A stretch of 64,000 nucleotides of DNA, taken from positions 8,446 through 72,445 of the forward strand of contig CACBTF010000002.1 of NCBI GenBank assembly GCA_902542165.1, in the 5' to 3' direction. The position numbers were made by a program, and so were the translations under genes. Positions 34,881 through 45,881 of the stretch are shown piece by piece (position 1 is the first letter of the stretch; each line of letters starts with the position of its first letter). The notes under the pieces were generated by a model. It worked only from the letters and a program-made list of their open reading frames with translations, had not been told where the DNA came from and did not search any database. This stretch comes from an uncultured Pelagibacteraceae bacterium. GTDB taxonomy: Bacteria > Pseudomonadota > Alphaproteobacteria > Pelagibacterales > Pelagibacteraceae.

Positions 34881-35579
34881 ATGACTCAAACAATAGCCTT
34901 AGTAGATGATGATAGAAATATACTAACCAGCATAAGTATAGCTTTGGAAAGAGAGGGATTTAAAGTTCAGACTTATATTGATGGAGAGTCTGCTTTAGTA
35001 GGATTAACTAGAAATCCACCAGACTTAGCAATTTTAGATATCAAAATGCCAAGGATGGATGGAGAAGAATTACTTAAAAAACTTAAAAAAAAAATGTCAA
35101 TTCCAATAATCTTTTTAACATCAAAAGATGATGAGGTTGATGAACTGCTTGGCTTAAAGTTGGGCGCTGATGATTTTGTCAAAAAATCTGGAGGTTTTTC
35201 AACCAAAGTTTTAATTGAAAGAATAAGGGTACAATTAAGAAAAAAAAACAATACTATCGACGACACAAAAAATATAATCAGCCATGGAAAACTAAAATTA
35301 GACCCTGCTCAGTTAGAGTGTGAATGGAACGGGAAAGCTTTGCCAGATAAACTGACAACTACTGAATTTTTAATTGTCAAAGAATTAGCTAAAAGGCCAG
35401 GTGTTATAAAAGAGAGAGCACATTTAATGGACATAGCTTACAAGGAAAATACGGAAATCGAAGATAGAACAATTGATAGTCACGTAAAAAGAATAAGAAA
35501 AAAGTTTAAAAAGGTTGATGAAAAGTTTTCTGCAATTGAAACTAGATATGGAAGTGGGTATAGATGGAATGTTAGCTAA
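34881..35579 (+). CDS. chvI: OmpR-family response regulator ChvI
   Basis: IALVDDDRNILTS, DIKMPRMDG, FLTSKDDE.DE, DRTIDSHVKR.RKKF, IET.YG.GYR. Confidence 0.92.
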   Translation: MTQTIALVDDDRNILTSISIALEREGFKVQTYIDGESALVGLTRNPPDLAILDIKMPRMDGEELLKKLKKKMSIPIIFLTSKDDEVDELLGLKLGADDFVKKSGGFSTKVLIERIRVQLRKKNNTIDDTKNIISHGKLKLDPAQLECEWNGKALPDKLTTTEFLIVKELAKRPGVIKERAHLMDIAYKENTEIEDRTIDSHVKRIRKKFKKVDEKFSAIETRYGSGYRWNVS

Positions 35580-37099
35580 TGAAACAAAAAAAATCAGCTT
35601 CTATTTTAAAGAAGTTTTTAATAATAAACCTGACAGTTTTTTCTGTTTTAGGACTTTTTACAATTATATATCTTGAAGCAATCCAACCAACCTTAGTAAA
35701 AGATAGATCAGATAATCACAAGATAGTTATTAATAATACAAAGGATAATCTCGAAAGACTAAGAATAGAATATACTAAAGAAGGAATTAGAGATTTTTTG
35801 CTTTCAACAAGATTCCTATTTCAAAGTTTGGATCGTGTTCAATTTTATGATTTATCCGGAAATCTTATTGGAGACACAAACATTTTAGATTTGGACCAAA
35901 GTGTTTTCACAGGATCAGATATAATCTTTGAGGAGACTTTAGGAAGTGAGACAATCTCCCCAGAAATTGAAGTAAGACTAGAGGAGGAAGAGATAGATGA
36001 GATAAAAGATATCATTACAAATAAATATAATGATGAAATAATGACCCTCACTAATGATGAAAAAAATAACTTTTTTGTAAGTACATTAAGTAAAATTAAA
36101 TTTCAAAATACCGATATCGGATATATTGTAGTTTCAGAGCAAGCAAACGACATCATTATTGCGGTTAAAGAGAGAAAAGCATTTATAATAAGAACTATGA
36201 TTGCTGTTGTAATCGTGATTTTAATTTTTTCTCTATTTTTAAATAAATATATTTTAAAACCAATTGGGCTTTTGGTTAAATTTAGTGATGGGATTAAAAA
36301 AAAGTCTAATCAAACAATTGATATAAATAAAGTTTTTGTAAGAAACGATGAAATTGGAAAATTAACAAAGTCAATTGATGAAATGACAAAAGAATTACAA
36401 CAACGAACCAATAGAGCAGAAACATTCTCAAATGATTTAGCCCACGAAATAAGAAATCCACTTGCATCTTTAAAAAGTGCTTCAGAACTTTTAGATAAGA
36501 CTACAGAAAAAAATGAAGGAGAAAAACTTCTTAAAATAATCAATCATGATGCAGAACGAATAGAAAGATTAATAACCGATTACACTCAAATGCTAAAAGA
36601 CGAAGCATCTTTATCTCGCGAGAAAATGAGTAAAATTAATTTGGTTGAAATAATTAATTCTGTAGTAGATGATTTTAACCAAGATCTTATTAACCAAAAT
36701 AGAAAAATTAAAATAAGTATAATAAATAAAATTAAAAGTAAAAATGGACATTTCATATTTGGAATAAGCAATCGAATAGAACAAGTGATCGCAAATTTGT
36801 TAGATAATGCAATTTCATTTAGTCAAGACAATCAAAAAATTGACATTGGTCTGGAAGAAACTTCGAATAATCTAATATTATCAGTTAAAGATGAGGGACC
36901 TGGTTTTGCTGAAACATCACCACAAAAAATTTTTAAACGTTTTTACAGCAACAGGCCCGCTAGTTTTGGAAAACATTCTGGCTTAGGCTTGAATATCGTA
37001 AAAAATATTGTTCAACTACATAAAGGTACAATTGCAGCTTCAAATAGGCTTAATACAAAAGGAGCACAGGTTGAGGTTTTGCTTCCTAAATTATCCTAA
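35579..37099 (+). CDS. chvG: Sensor histidine kinase ChvG/ExoS
   Basis: Two TM helices, HAMP (DEIG.L), AHEIRNPL.SL.SA, IFKRFYS.RP..FG.HSGLGL; coupled to chvI. Confidence 0.88.
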   Translation: MKQKKSASILKKFLIINLTVFSVLGLFTIIYLEAIQPTLVKDRSDNHKIVINNTKDNLERLRIEYTKEGIRDFLLSTRFLFQSLDRVQFYDLSGNLIGDTNILDLDQSVFTGSDIIFEETLGSETISPEIEVRLEEEEIDEIKDIITNKYNDEIMTLTNDEKNNFFVSTLSKIKFQNTDIGYIVVSEQANDIIIAVKERKAFIIRTMIAVVIVILIFSLFLNKYILKPIGLLVKFSDGIKKKSNQTIDINKVFVRNDEIGKLTKSIDEMTKELQQRTNRAETFSNDLAHEIRNPLASLKSASELLDKTTEKNEGEKLLKIINHDAERIERLITDYTQMLKDEASLSREKMSKINLVEIINSVVDDFNQDLINQNRKIKISIINKIKSKNGHFIFGISNRIEQVIANLLDNAISFSQDNQKIDIGLEETSNNLILSVKDEGPGFAETSPQKIFKRFYSNRPASFGKHSGLGLNIVKNIVQLHKGTIAASNRLNTKGAQVEVLLPKLS

Positions 37100-37147
37100 C
37101 ATTATTTCTTGCTAAGGTTTACTTATGTTGATAATAACTTTTCAAAT

Positions 37148-38437
37148 ATGGCAGAAGATTATAAAGTAAAAGATATTAACCAGGCAGATTTTGGAAGAAA
37201 AGAAATTTCTTTAGCAGAAACAGAAATGCCAGGACTTATGGCTTTGAGAAAAGAGTATAACGGTAAAAAACCTTTAAAGGGCGCGAAAATCCTAGGCTGT
37301 CTTCACATGACAATACAAACTGCAGTTTTAATTGAAACTTTAGTAGAATTAGGAGCAGAAGTTAGATGGTCTTCTTGTAATATTTTTTCAACACAAGACC
37401 ATGCAGCAGCTGCAATAGCAAGAGCAGGCATTGCTGTATTCGCTTGGAAGGGTGAAACCGAGAAAGAATACTGGTGGTGTATTAAACAAACTATTGAAGG
37501 AAAAAAAGACTGGAAACCGAATATGATTTTAGACGACGGTGGTGATCTTACAGCCTTAATGCATAAAGAATATAAAAATTTATTAAAAGACGTTAAGGGA
37601 GTTTCAGAAGAAACAACTACAGGAGTTTTAGCACTTAAAAAAATGGAGTCTAATAAAGAATTATTAATCCCTGCTATAAATGTAAACGACTCAGTCACAA
37701 AATCTAAATTCGACAACCTCTATGGTTGTAGAGAAAGTTTAGTAGACGGGATAAAAAGAGCTACTGATGTAATGATGTCAGGCAAAGTAGCCATAGTAGC
37801 TGGATTTGGAGATGTTGGAAAAGGAAGTGCAGCTTCATTACGTCAAGCAGGCGCAAGAGTTATGGTTACCGAGACAGACCCTATATGTGCGTTACAGGCT
37901 GCTATGGAAGGGTACGAAGTTGTTGTTATGGATGAAGCTATTAAAGACGCTGATATAGTTGTAACCGCTACAGGAAATAAAGATATAGTCACAGCAGATC
38001 ATATGAGAAATATGAAAGACAGAGCAATTCTTTGTAATATTGGTCACTTTGATAACGAAATTCAAGTTGAAGCATTGAAAAATTATAAGTGGAACGAAAT
38101 AAAACCACAAGTTCATGAAATTGAATTGCCTAGTAAAAAAAGAATTATTCTTTTAGCAGAAGGGAGATTAGTTAACCTTGGATGCGCTACAGGGCATCCT
38201 AGTTTTGTGATGAGCGCTTCATTTACAAATCAAGTTATTGCTCAAATTGAATTATGGAATAATTCAAATAAATATGAGAAGAAAGTTTATGTACTTCCCA
38301 AACATCTTGATGAAAAAGTTGCAATGCTTCATTTAGAAAAAGTGGGAGCAAAACTAACTAAAATGTCAAAAGAACAAGCCGATTATATTAGCGTTAAACC
38401 ATCAGGACCATTTAAACCAGATACTTATCGCTACTAA
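37148..38437 (+). CDS. ahcY: S-adenosylhomocysteine hydrolase
   Basis: [52 protein letters not shown]; ATG at 37148. Confidence 0.98.
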   Translation: MAEDYKVKDINQADFGRKEISLAETEMPGLMALRKEYNGKKPLKGAKILGCLHMTIQTAVLIETLVELGAEVRWSSCNIFSTQDHAAAAIARAGIAVFAWKGETEKEYWWCIKQTIEGKKDWKPNMILDDGGDLTALMHKEYKNLLKDVKGVSEETTTGVLALKKMESNKELLIPAINVNDSVTKSKFDNLYGCRESLVDGIKRATDVMMSGKVAIVAGFGDVGKGSAASLRQAGARVMVTETDPICALQAAMEGYEVVVMDEAIKDADIVVTATGNKDIVTADHMRNMKDRAILCNIGHFDNEIQVEALKNYKWNEIKPQVHEIELPSKKRIILLAEGRLVNLGCATGHPSFVMSASFTNQVIAQIELWNNSNKYEKKVYVLPKHLDEKVAMLHLEKVGAKLTKMSKEQADYISVKPSGPFKPDTYRY

Positions 38438-38446
38438 CAGTAGCTA

Positions 38447-38899
38447 ATGATTGTAAAATCTTTAGACCATTTAAATCAAATATCCAAATCAATTTCAAAA
38501 AAATTAGAAAATGGAGATTGTATTTTCTTAATTGGTGAAATCGGTGTAGGGAAGACTACATTCACAAGATATTTAATTAATAACTTACAAAATCAAAAAG
38601 GAATTAAAGAAACTCAGGTATTGAGTCCTACATTTAACTTGCTTTATGAATATGAAATTAAAGATCTTAAAATTATGCATTATGATCTTTATCGAATAAG
38701 AAAAGCTGATGAATTAGATCATCTTGGCATTTTTTCAGAAAATGAAAAAACAATTAAAATTATAGAGTGGCCAGACTTAATTAAAACACCATTGACTAAT
38801 AAATTAGAAATTCATTTAGAGTACGGAGAAAATGATAAGGAAAGAAGAATGATAATTCATGGGCTAAGTAAATGGAAAGAATTTGAAAATGAAATATAA
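38447..38899 (+). CDS. tsaE: tRNA threonylcarbamoyladenosine biosynthesis ATPase TsaE
   Basis: GEIGVGKTTF, SPTF, HYDLYR, IEWP. Confidence 0.93.
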   Translation: MIVKSLDHLNQISKSISKKLENGDCIFLIGEIGVGKTTFTRYLINNLQNQKGIKETQVLSPTFNLLYEYEIKDLKIMHYDLYRIRKADELDHLGIFSENEKTIKIIEWPDLIKTPLTNKLEIHLEYGENDKERRMIIHGLSKWKEFENEI

Positions 38900-39851
38900 A
38901 TTGAAAAAAATTTCAGGTGATGCATCATTTAGAGAATTTTATAGATTAGAAAAAAACAACAAAACCTCAATCATTGTTTCTGCTAAAAAAGAAAAATTTA
39001 AAAATCTTGCAGTATATGTAGTGATAAATAGTATTCTTAACCGTAATAGGATTAATGCTCCAAAATTATTAAGCAATCATTATAAAAACGATATGATCGA
39101 AATATCTGATTTAGGCGAAAAATCTTTCTACGATCACGTAATTTCAAAAAAAAATAAACTAAAAAGTTATAAATCATTAGTAAAATTATTGATTAAGATA
39201 CAAAAAATAAAAGTAAAAAAACTTTATAAATTTGAAAAGCTAAAAATAAAAATACCAAATTATACATTATCTAGTCTTCACAAAGAATCTGATTTGTTTT
39301 TCGATTGGTACTTAAACTATGCTCTCAAAAGTAAAAAAATTAGTAAGATTAAGAAAATTCTTAGATCTGAGTTAAATAAAATATATAAAAAATTAAATTT
39401 CAAAAATAATACATTCGTACATAGAGATTTTCATATTTCGAATGTAATGATAAATAAAAACAAATTAGGAATAATTGATAGCCAGGATGCAGTTATTGGA
39501 AATCCTTTGTATGATATAGCATCCTTAATTGACGACGTAAGAATAAAATTATCGAGTCAATTACAAAATAAACTATTAGATTTTTACCATAAGAATTCAA
39601 AACTTAAAAATGATCATATACAAAAATTAAAAAATGACTTTGATATTTTATCAGTGCAAAGAAATTTAAAAATATTAGGAATATTCGTACGTTTACACAA
39701 AAGAGATAACAAAAATCATTATCTTAAATTTTTACCTTACACATGGACGCTCATAGAAAAAAGATTACAAAATCCGGCACTCAAAAATTTAAAATTATTA
39801 TTTTATAAACATTTGTCTATTAAAAAACTCAAAAAATTAAATAAAATATGA
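38889..39851 (+). CDS. amgK: APH-family phosphotransferase, probable anomeric MurNAc/GlcNAc kinase AmgK
   Basis: GDASFREFYR, HRDFH..N, IIDSQDA..G..YD..SL, QR.LKILGIF.RL..RD.K..YL; tsaE-amgK-murU context. Confidence 0.8.
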   Translation: MKYKLKKISGDASFREFYRLEKNNKTSIIVSAKKEKFKNLAVYVVINSILNRNRINAPKLLSNHYKNDMIEISDLGEKSFYDHVISKKNKLKSYKSLVKLLIKIQKIKVKKLYKFEKLKIKIPNYTLSSLHKESDLFFDWYLNYALKSKKISKIKKILRSELNKIYKKLNFKNNTFVHRDFHISNVMINKNKLGIIDSQDAVIGNPLYDIASLIDDVRIKLSSQLQNKLLDFYHKNSKLKNDHIQKLKNDFDILSVQRNLKILGIFVRLHKRDNKNHYLKFLPYTWTLIEKRLQNPALKNLKLLFYKHLSIKKLKKLNKI

Positions 39852-40546
39852 ATATAAAATATGGAATGATTTTAGCAGCAGGGTTAGGAAAAAGAATGCA
39901 GCCTTTAACACTAAAAACTCCTAAACCATTATTAGAAATAAATAATTATACATTATTAGAAAGAGCGATAAATTTATTGATCAGTCATGGTGTGCAAGAA
40001 ATAAGTATTAATGTGCATTATCTTCCTGATCAGATTAAATCATTTATTAATAGAAGGAAATTTAAAGTTAAGATTACAATTTCTAATGAAGAAAATTTAT
40101 TATTAGACACAGGCGGAGGTGTACTTAAAGGTTCACAAAATTTTGGTGACAATCCTTTTTTTGTAATTAATCCAGATACTGTTTGGAGTAAGCATTATCT
40201 AGCAGAATTAAAGAGTTTAGAGGCTATTTATTTAAAGAATAATAAACCGACATTACTTTTAGTGAACAAGAAATTATCCATTGATCCTTCATTTAAAGGA
40301 GATTTTAATTTAAATAATGAAAAAATTTCTAAGGATAGTGAAAATCAATTTATTTTTACTGGATTGCAAATTATAAACAGAAGTGTTTTCACAAATGAAA
40401 AATTAGAAGTTTTTTCACTGAATAAAGTATGGAATAAATTAATAAAAGATAAAAACTTACTGGGCTTAGAAAGTAATCAAAAATTTTACCACTTAAACAC
40501 TTCTGATATGTATAAGAAAATTCAAAGTTTCAATATTATTGATTAA
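39848..40546 (+). CDS. murU: Nucleotidyltransferase, probable MurNAc-1-P uridylyltransferase MurU
   Basis: MILAAGLGKRM.PLT..TPKPL, NVHY, LLDTGGG; follows amgK. Confidence 0.78.
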   Translation: MNIKYGMILAAGLGKRMQPLTLKTPKPLLEINNYTLLERAINLLISHGVQEISINVHYLPDQIKSFINRRKFKVKITISNEENLLLDTGGGVLKGSQNFGDNPFFVINPDTVWSKHYLAELKSLEAIYLKNNKPTLLLVNKKLSIDPSFKGDFNLNNEKISKDSENQFIFTGLQIINRSVFTNEKLEVFSLNKVWNKLIKDKNLLGLESNQKFYHLNTSDMYKKIQSFNIID

Positions 40547-41255
40547 AAATTATATCCCTAGCTCTGGACTTGTCTAAATAATAATACTTTTCAATTTTTA
40601 AATTTTCACCGAATTCAACTAATAGCGGATTACCTGTTGGTATTTCCAAATCATTTATTTTTGTATCCGAAATATTAAATAAATATTTACATAAAGCTCT
40701 TAGAGAATTTCCATGAGCTGAAATTAAAATATTCTTATTTTCTAAAAGATTTTTCTTAATTTCATTTTCATAAAAAGGTACCACCCTGTCATATGTACTT
40801 TTTAAGGACTCGGTAAATGGAGTCATTCCCACAGGTATACCAGTATTCAGTGAGCTGAATAAATTTAGGTATTCACTTTTTTCCTCCATGGGAGGAGGAG
40901 CTATATCCCAGGATCTCCTGTACTTTTTGAATTGTTCTTCACCAATCTTATTCTTTGTTTCTTCTTTGTTTAAACCCGTTAAAGATCCATAGTGCCTTTC
41001 GTTAAGTTGCCAAGCAGTATTGAATTTAAGTTCTAGGCTATTTTTTTTAAGAATAGTTGTAAGAGTTTTAATCGCTCTCTTTAAATACGATGTGTAAGAA
41101 ATATCTATTTTAATATTTAAATCTTTAATAATCTGACCTGATTTTTCTGCTTCCTGGACTCCTTTATCAGAAAGATCTACATCTACCCAACCAGTAAACC
41201 TATTTTCTGCATTCCAAACACTTTGGCCATGTCTTATAAGAATTAGTTTAGTCAT
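40536..41255 (-). CDS. gpmA: 2,3-bisphosphoglycerate-dependent phosphoglycerate mutase
   Basis: LIRHGQS.WN..NRFTGW, LNERHYG.L.G.NK, AHGNSLRAL, IPTG.P. Confidence 0.95.
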   Translation of the reverse strand: MTKLILIRHGQSVWNAENRFTGWVDVDLSDKGVQEAEKSGQIIKDLNIKIDISYTSYLKRAIKTLTTILKKNSLELKFNTAWQLNERHYGSLTGLNKEETKNKIGEEQFKKYRRSWDIAPPPMEEKSEYLNLFSSLNTGIPVGMTPFTESLKSTYDRVVPFYENEIKKNLLENKNILISAHGNSLRALCKYLFNISDTKINDLEIPTGNPLLVEFGENLKIEKYYYLDKSRARDIIFNQ

Positions 41256-41295
41256 AATAGTTAAATTAGCTATTATGTACTATATTAAATTGATA

Positions 41296-41691
41296 ATGAA
41301 AAATACTATATTTAAATTAACAGAGCATGTTTACTATTTTTCATTATTAGTTTTACTCATTCTGTATTTATTTCCTGGAAGTTTAATAGGCTACCTCTTA
41401 TATGGAAACTTAGGCCAACAACCAAATTTAATATCTAATCCAATCGGTACATCAATAAACCATTTAATTTTTTTTTCTTACATAACTATATTAGCCATGA
41501 CAGTAAGATTAAGAACTAAAAATATTTTAACTAATTATCAATTTATATTATTTATTTCCTGCGTATTAGAAATTTCCCACTTAGTAATTCCTAATAGGGC
41601 TTTTGAATTTTATGATTTAATAGCTAATTTTACTGGAGTAGTTATAATTTTATTAATTAATAGTTTTATAAAATGGCGAAAACATCTTTAA
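41296..41691 (+). CDS. Membrane protein, VanZ-like
   Basis: Several TM helices, H..FF, E..H..IP.R.F...D..AN..G pattern; alternative start at 41275. Confidence 0.65.
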   Translation: MKNTIFKLTEHVYYFSLLVLLILYLFPGSLIGYLLYGNLGQQPNLISNPIGTSINHLIFFSYITILAMTVRLRTKNILTNYQFILFISCVLEISHLVIPNRAFEFYDLIANFTGVVIILLINSFIKWRKHL

Positions 41692-42176
41692 TATTAATCA
41701 TAACGTTTTTCTTAGCCCAAACGTTAAACAGTACAGAAATTTATGGAGTGCCAAAAATAATTGATGGCGATACTGTGCATATTAATAATAAAAAAATAAG
41801 ACTAGAAGGAATTGATGCTCCAGAAATCAAACAACAATGTAAAAAACCATTTTTAAAAATTTCGGCAATTATCGGTTTTGAATTTAATAAGAATTATTCA
41901 TGTGGTGTTACAGCGAAAAAAAAATTATTAAATAAAATTGATAATTCAAAAATAAAATGTATCTCGTCATCAAAAGATAGGTACAAAAGATTTTTAGCCA
42001 CTTGTTTTAAGGATAAAATTAATCTTAATAAATGGATGGTAAGGAACGGCAATGCAGTAGCGTACAAAAGATATTCAAGGGATTATGTGAGAGACGAAGT
42101 TTATGCAAAAGAAAATAAGCTCGGAGTATGGGAAGGATCTTTTATGATGCCAGAAAAGTGGAGAAAGCTTAATTAA
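41673..42176 (+). CDS. Thermonuclease (SNase) family protein
   Basis: IIDGDT, IRLEGIDAPE, DRYKR.LA, MVRNG.A..Y..YS, A....G.W; signal peptide. Confidence 0.9.
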   Translation: MAKTSLILIITFFLAQTLNSTEIYGVPKIIDGDTVHINNKKIRLEGIDAPEIKQQCKKPFLKISAIIGFEFNKNYSCGVTAKKKLLNKIDNSKIKCISSSKDRYKRFLATCFKDKINLNKWMVRNGNAVAYKRYSRDYVRDEVYAKENKLGVWEGSFMMPEKWRKLN

Positions 42177-42196
42177 TTTCTAGTATAAATTATAAA

Positions 42197-42796
42197 GTGA
42201 TTCATTTTAAAAAAATTGTATTAATTTTAATTATATTTATTTTTACCGCATGCTCTTCGATTCCAAAAAATACGCAAAATAGTTGTGCAATTTTTGAAGA
42301 AAGATATCTTTGGTATAAACATACAAAAGCTTCGTATGAAAAATGGGGAGCACCTATTCATTTACAATTAGCTTTTGTCAAAAAAGAAAGTGATTTCAAT
42401 TGGTTAGCTAAGCCGCCACGAAAAAAATTATTTAAATTTATTCCTTTCAAAAGACCATCAAGTTCATTTGGTTATTCACAAGCAGTAAAAGGGACATGGG
42501 AACAATATAAACGAGAAACTAATAGTCCTTTAGCTACTAGAGCTAGATTTAAAGACTCTGTTGATTTTATTGGTTGGTATATTCATAAAACTAATAAAAT
42601 TTTAAAAATTTCTAAAAAAGATCCATATAAGCAGTATTTAGCTTATTATAAAGGCTGGGGTGATTATAAAAATTATTCAAAAGACAAGAAAGCTATTATC
42701 TATGCAAAATCAGTTAAGGATATGGCAAACAAATATAGAAAACAATTAACACTTTGTAAGAAAAATTTAGATAAAAATAAGTACATTATTTTTTAA
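42197..42796 (+). CDS. Lytic transglycosylase (SLT-like) lipoprotein
   Basis: Lipobox FTAC, KES.F...A.PPR, SS..GYSQA..GTW..Y, YLAY..GWG; GTG start. Confidence 0.75.
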   Translation: MIHFKKIVLILIIFIFTACSSIPKNTQNSCAIFEERYLWYKHTKASYEKWGAPIHLQLAFVKKESDFNWLAKPPRKKLFKFIPFKRPSSSFGYSQAVKGTWEQYKRETNSPLATRARFKDSVDFIGWYIHKTNKILKISKKDPYKQYLAYYKGWGDYKNYSKDKKAIIYAKSVKDMANKYRKQLTLCKKNLDKNKYIIF

Positions 42797-45700
42797 GTTG
42801 CTTATTCAGATCAATCTCAACAGCATCAATTCTCTTAGTATTTTTTCCGACAATCGTATAAATAGTGGGAATTACATATAGTGTAAAGAAGGTAGAAAAA
42901 AGCATTCCACCAAAAATAGTTATCCCTACCGTAAGTCTACTTGCGGCACCCGGGCCTGTTCCAAGAATTAAAGGCAAGACACCTATGATTGTCGATAAAC
43001 TTGTCATAAGTATAGGTCTTAATCTTATTGCTGCTGCTTCAAATACGGCAACTTCTATATTTTTACCTTCTTTTCTTAATTGATTTGCAAATTCGACAAT
43101 TAGAATTCCATTTTTTGCGGACAATCCTATGAGAATTATAAGAGCTATTTGACTATAAACGTTTAGAGATGAACCGACAACTAGCAAACCCAGTAAACCA
43201 CCAAGTATAGCCATTGGCACAGTTAACATGATTGTAAATGGATGTTTCCAACTTTCAAACTGTGCGCTCATTGCGAGATAAGCAGTTATCAAAGCAAGTG
43301 CAAAAATTACATACAATTCAGTGTTAGTTTTTTTATATTCCTCGCTTTCACCCTTGTAAGCTATTTTGGCTTGAGGAGTATTTTGTTCAACTACTCCGAC
43401 TAAAAATTTAAGCGCTTCATCTAGTGAATAGTCACCAACTAATCTCGCTGAAATAGTTACAGCCTTTTGCCTATTATATCTTGCAAGGAAAGGTGACTGA
43501 CCTTCCTCATTATATGCAACCAGATTAGAGATCGATACAAGTTTATTATTGTTTTTTGATCTAACAAAAACTTTACTTATGCTATCAGGCTCCTGTCTAT
43601 CTTTAATATCTCCTTGAAGAATAATAGAATATTCTTTACCTTCTCTAGTAAAATTTGTTACCCTTCTTGATCCGAAAATTGTTTCAATGGTTTTGCCTAT
43701 ATCCTCCGTTGAAACCCCAAGGTCAGCAGCTTTCTTTTGATCAATTTTAACATTTAATTGAGGCTTGTTTAGATCGAAATCATCTTCTATCGAAGTGAGT
43801 CCTGGATTTTTTCTTGCCTCTTTTTTAATGATTTCTTTCCATTCAATAAGTTGATCGTAAGTATTTCCTAAAATAACAAATTGCACAGGGCTCTCAATTC
43901 CTCCTGTTCTTATCCCTTGAGGCATAATTGGAAAAGCTAATACGCCCGGTACTTTTGAAATTTCTCCAAAAGACTCTCTCATTATTTGAACGCCGTGACG
44001 ATCTCTTTTTTTCCAAGGCTCAAGTAGTACAATAATAAAACCGCTATTTACTTGTTTTGCAGATTTACCAAACCCTGGCACTCTCATTATCAATTTTCTG
44101 TATTCACCTTTACCTACATTAGGTAATAAAAGACCTTCAATTTCCTCAGCTCTATCCTTCGTAAAATTAAAGCCGGAACCTTGAGGGGCTTTTACGATTA
44201 CAAAGAACGCCCCTCTGTCTTCAGGAGCAATTAATTCTTTTTTTGTAAAATTGAAAAAAAATAGAGTTAAAGCTAATGTGGTTAATAGAAAAATTGTTAT
44301 AGTTGTTCTTTTTTTGATCCAACCTAGTAAAGACACTTTATATAAATAAGTTAAATTCTTTAAAAATTTCTCAAATTTTAAAACTATTTTTGACTTATTC
44401 ATATTTTGCTTAAGAAATTTACTCGCCAACATTGGGCTCAATGATAAAGCCACAAAACTTGATATAATGACAGCAGCTGCAAGTGTGATTGCAGTTTGTG
44501 TAAATAGTACACCTGTAATTCCTTTAATAAAAATTAAGGGAACAAAGACAGCAACTAAAACAACTGTTGTAGCGATAATTGCAAATGAAACTTGCTTAGC
44601 TCCTTTAAATGCTGCAACAAGAGGGGTGTCCCCTAACTCTATTCTTCTTACAATGTTTTCTAACATTACAATCGCATCATCTACAACAATTCCAATGGCC
44701 AACACTAAAGCCATAAGAGTAAAGAGATTGATTGAAAAATCAAAAATATAAATTGCTAAAAAAGTTGAAATTAATGAAACAGGTAAAGCTACCAGAGGAA
44801 CCACCAGGGCTCTTATATTTCCCAAAAAAAGGTAAATAATTATAGTTACTAAAATTAGAGCAATAAAAAGAGTTTTATAAACTTCTTTAATTGCAGCTTT
44901 AATATAATTACTTCTATCAAATGAAACTTCTAAAGTTGTATTCGGGGGCAAGCTAGGTTTGAGCTCTTTAATTTTTTTTTTAATTCCATCAGCAACAGCA
45001 ATAGTGTTAGCATCTGATTGCTGGTAAATTCCTATTCCTACTACTTGCTTTCCGTTTCCTTTAAATAAAGTACGTGTGGACTCTGCACCAAGCTCTACTC
45101 TTGCTACATCAGAAAGTGTAATAATTGATCCGTCAGTTGCTCTTTTAAGGGGTAAATTTTTATAATTTTCTAAATTACTGTAGGCTTTATTTAACTTAAT
45201 AGTAAGATCAATATCTTTTGACTCTATTCTCCCTGCTGGAAATTCTACATTTTCTTTTCTTAGTATATTTTCAACTTCTTCAGTGGTTAAATCTCTTGCA
45301 GCAAGCGCAATAGGGTCCAACCAAATCCTTAGTGATAATTCTCTTTGACCACCAAGTCTGACTCGACCTACTCCATCAACTGTAGAAAATGTATCCGTTA
45401 AATACCTATCTGCGTAATCAGTTAACTCCAAGTCAGACATAGTTTCAGAATTGAAAGACAACCACATTGTTGTACGCATACCTGCACTTTGTTTAAATAT
45501 TTCTGGTTGTTCAGCTCCTTCTGGTAAGTTATCTAAAACTCGAGACACAGAACTTCTAACATCGTTAGCAACATCATCTAAATCTAAATCAGTTTCAAAA
45601 GTTAGAGTAATTCTTGAACTTTCATCTTCACTGAAAGAGTCAATAGTCTCTAATCCTGGAGTTCCTCCAACAAAATCTTCAATTTTTTGTGTAATTTGTG

Positions 45701-45881
45701 TGTCAACTATTTCAGCCGAAGCTCCTCTATATTCTGTTTGAATTGTAACAACAGGTGGCTGCACATCAGGCAATTCATCTGTTGGTATTTCTTGAAAAGT
45801 AACTAAACCAAATATAACTAAAACCAAACTCATTACTGAGGCTACAACAGGTCTTTTAATTGAAAGGTCAGTTAAAAACAT
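42786..45881 (-). CDS. RND efflux permease (AcrB/AcrD/AcrF family)
   Basis: I.RPV.A, GIVVDDAIV..EN, KNGILIVEFA, RLRPILMT; 1031 aa. Confidence 0.95.
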   Translation of the reverse strand: MFLTDLSIKRPVVASVMSLVLVIFGLVTFQEIPTDELPDVQPPVVTIQTEYRGASAEIVDTQITQKIEDFVGGTPGLETIDSFSEDESSRITLTFETDLDLDDVANDVRSSVSRVLDNLPEGAEQPEIFKQSAGMRTTMWLSFNSETMSDLELTDYADRYLTDTFSTVDGVGRVRLGGQRELSLRIWLDPIALAARDLTTEEVENILRKENVEFPAGRIESKDIDLTIKLNKAYSNLENYKNLPLKRATDGSIITLSDVARVELGAESTRTLFKGNGKQVVGIGIYQQSDANTIAVADGIKKKIKELKPSLPPNTTLEVSFDRSNYIKAAIKEVYKTLFIALILVTIIIYLFLGNIRALVVPLVALPVSLISTFLAIYIFDFSINLFTLMALVLAIGIVVDDAIVMLENIVRRIELGDTPLVAAFKGAKQVSFAIIATTVVLVAVFVPLIFIKGITGVLFTQTAITLAAAVIISSFVALSLSPMLASKFLKQNMNKSKIVLKFEKFLKNLTYLYKVSLLGWIKKRTTITIFLLTTLALTLFFFNFTKKELIAPEDRGAFFVIVKAPQGSGFNFTKDRAEEIEGLLLPNVGKGEYRKLIMRVPGFGKSAKQVNSGFIIVLLEPWKKRDRHGVQIMRESFGEISKVPGVLAFPIMPQGIRTGGIESPVQFVILGNTYDQLIEWKEIIKKEARKNPGLTSIEDDFDLNKPQLNVKIDQKKAADLGVSTEDIGKTIETIFGSRRVTNFTREGKEYSIILQGDIKDRQEPDSISKVFVRSKNNNKLVSISNLVAYNEEGQSPFLARYNRQKAVTISARLVGDYSLDEALKFLVGVVEQNTPQAKIAYKGESEEYKKTNTELYVIFALALITAYLAMSAQFESWKHPFTIMLTVPMAILGGLLGLLVVGSSLNVYSQIALIILIGLSAKNGILIVEFANQLRKEGKNIEVAVFEAAAIRLRPILMTSLSTIIGVLPLILGTGPGAASRLTVGITIFGGMLFSTFFTLYVIPTIYTIVGKNTKRIDAVEIDLNKQLKK

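Noticed and set aside
37100-37147. SAM/SAH riboswitch upstream of ahcY
   Set aside because: The gap is only 48 bp, AT-rich, and has no recognisable aptamer core.
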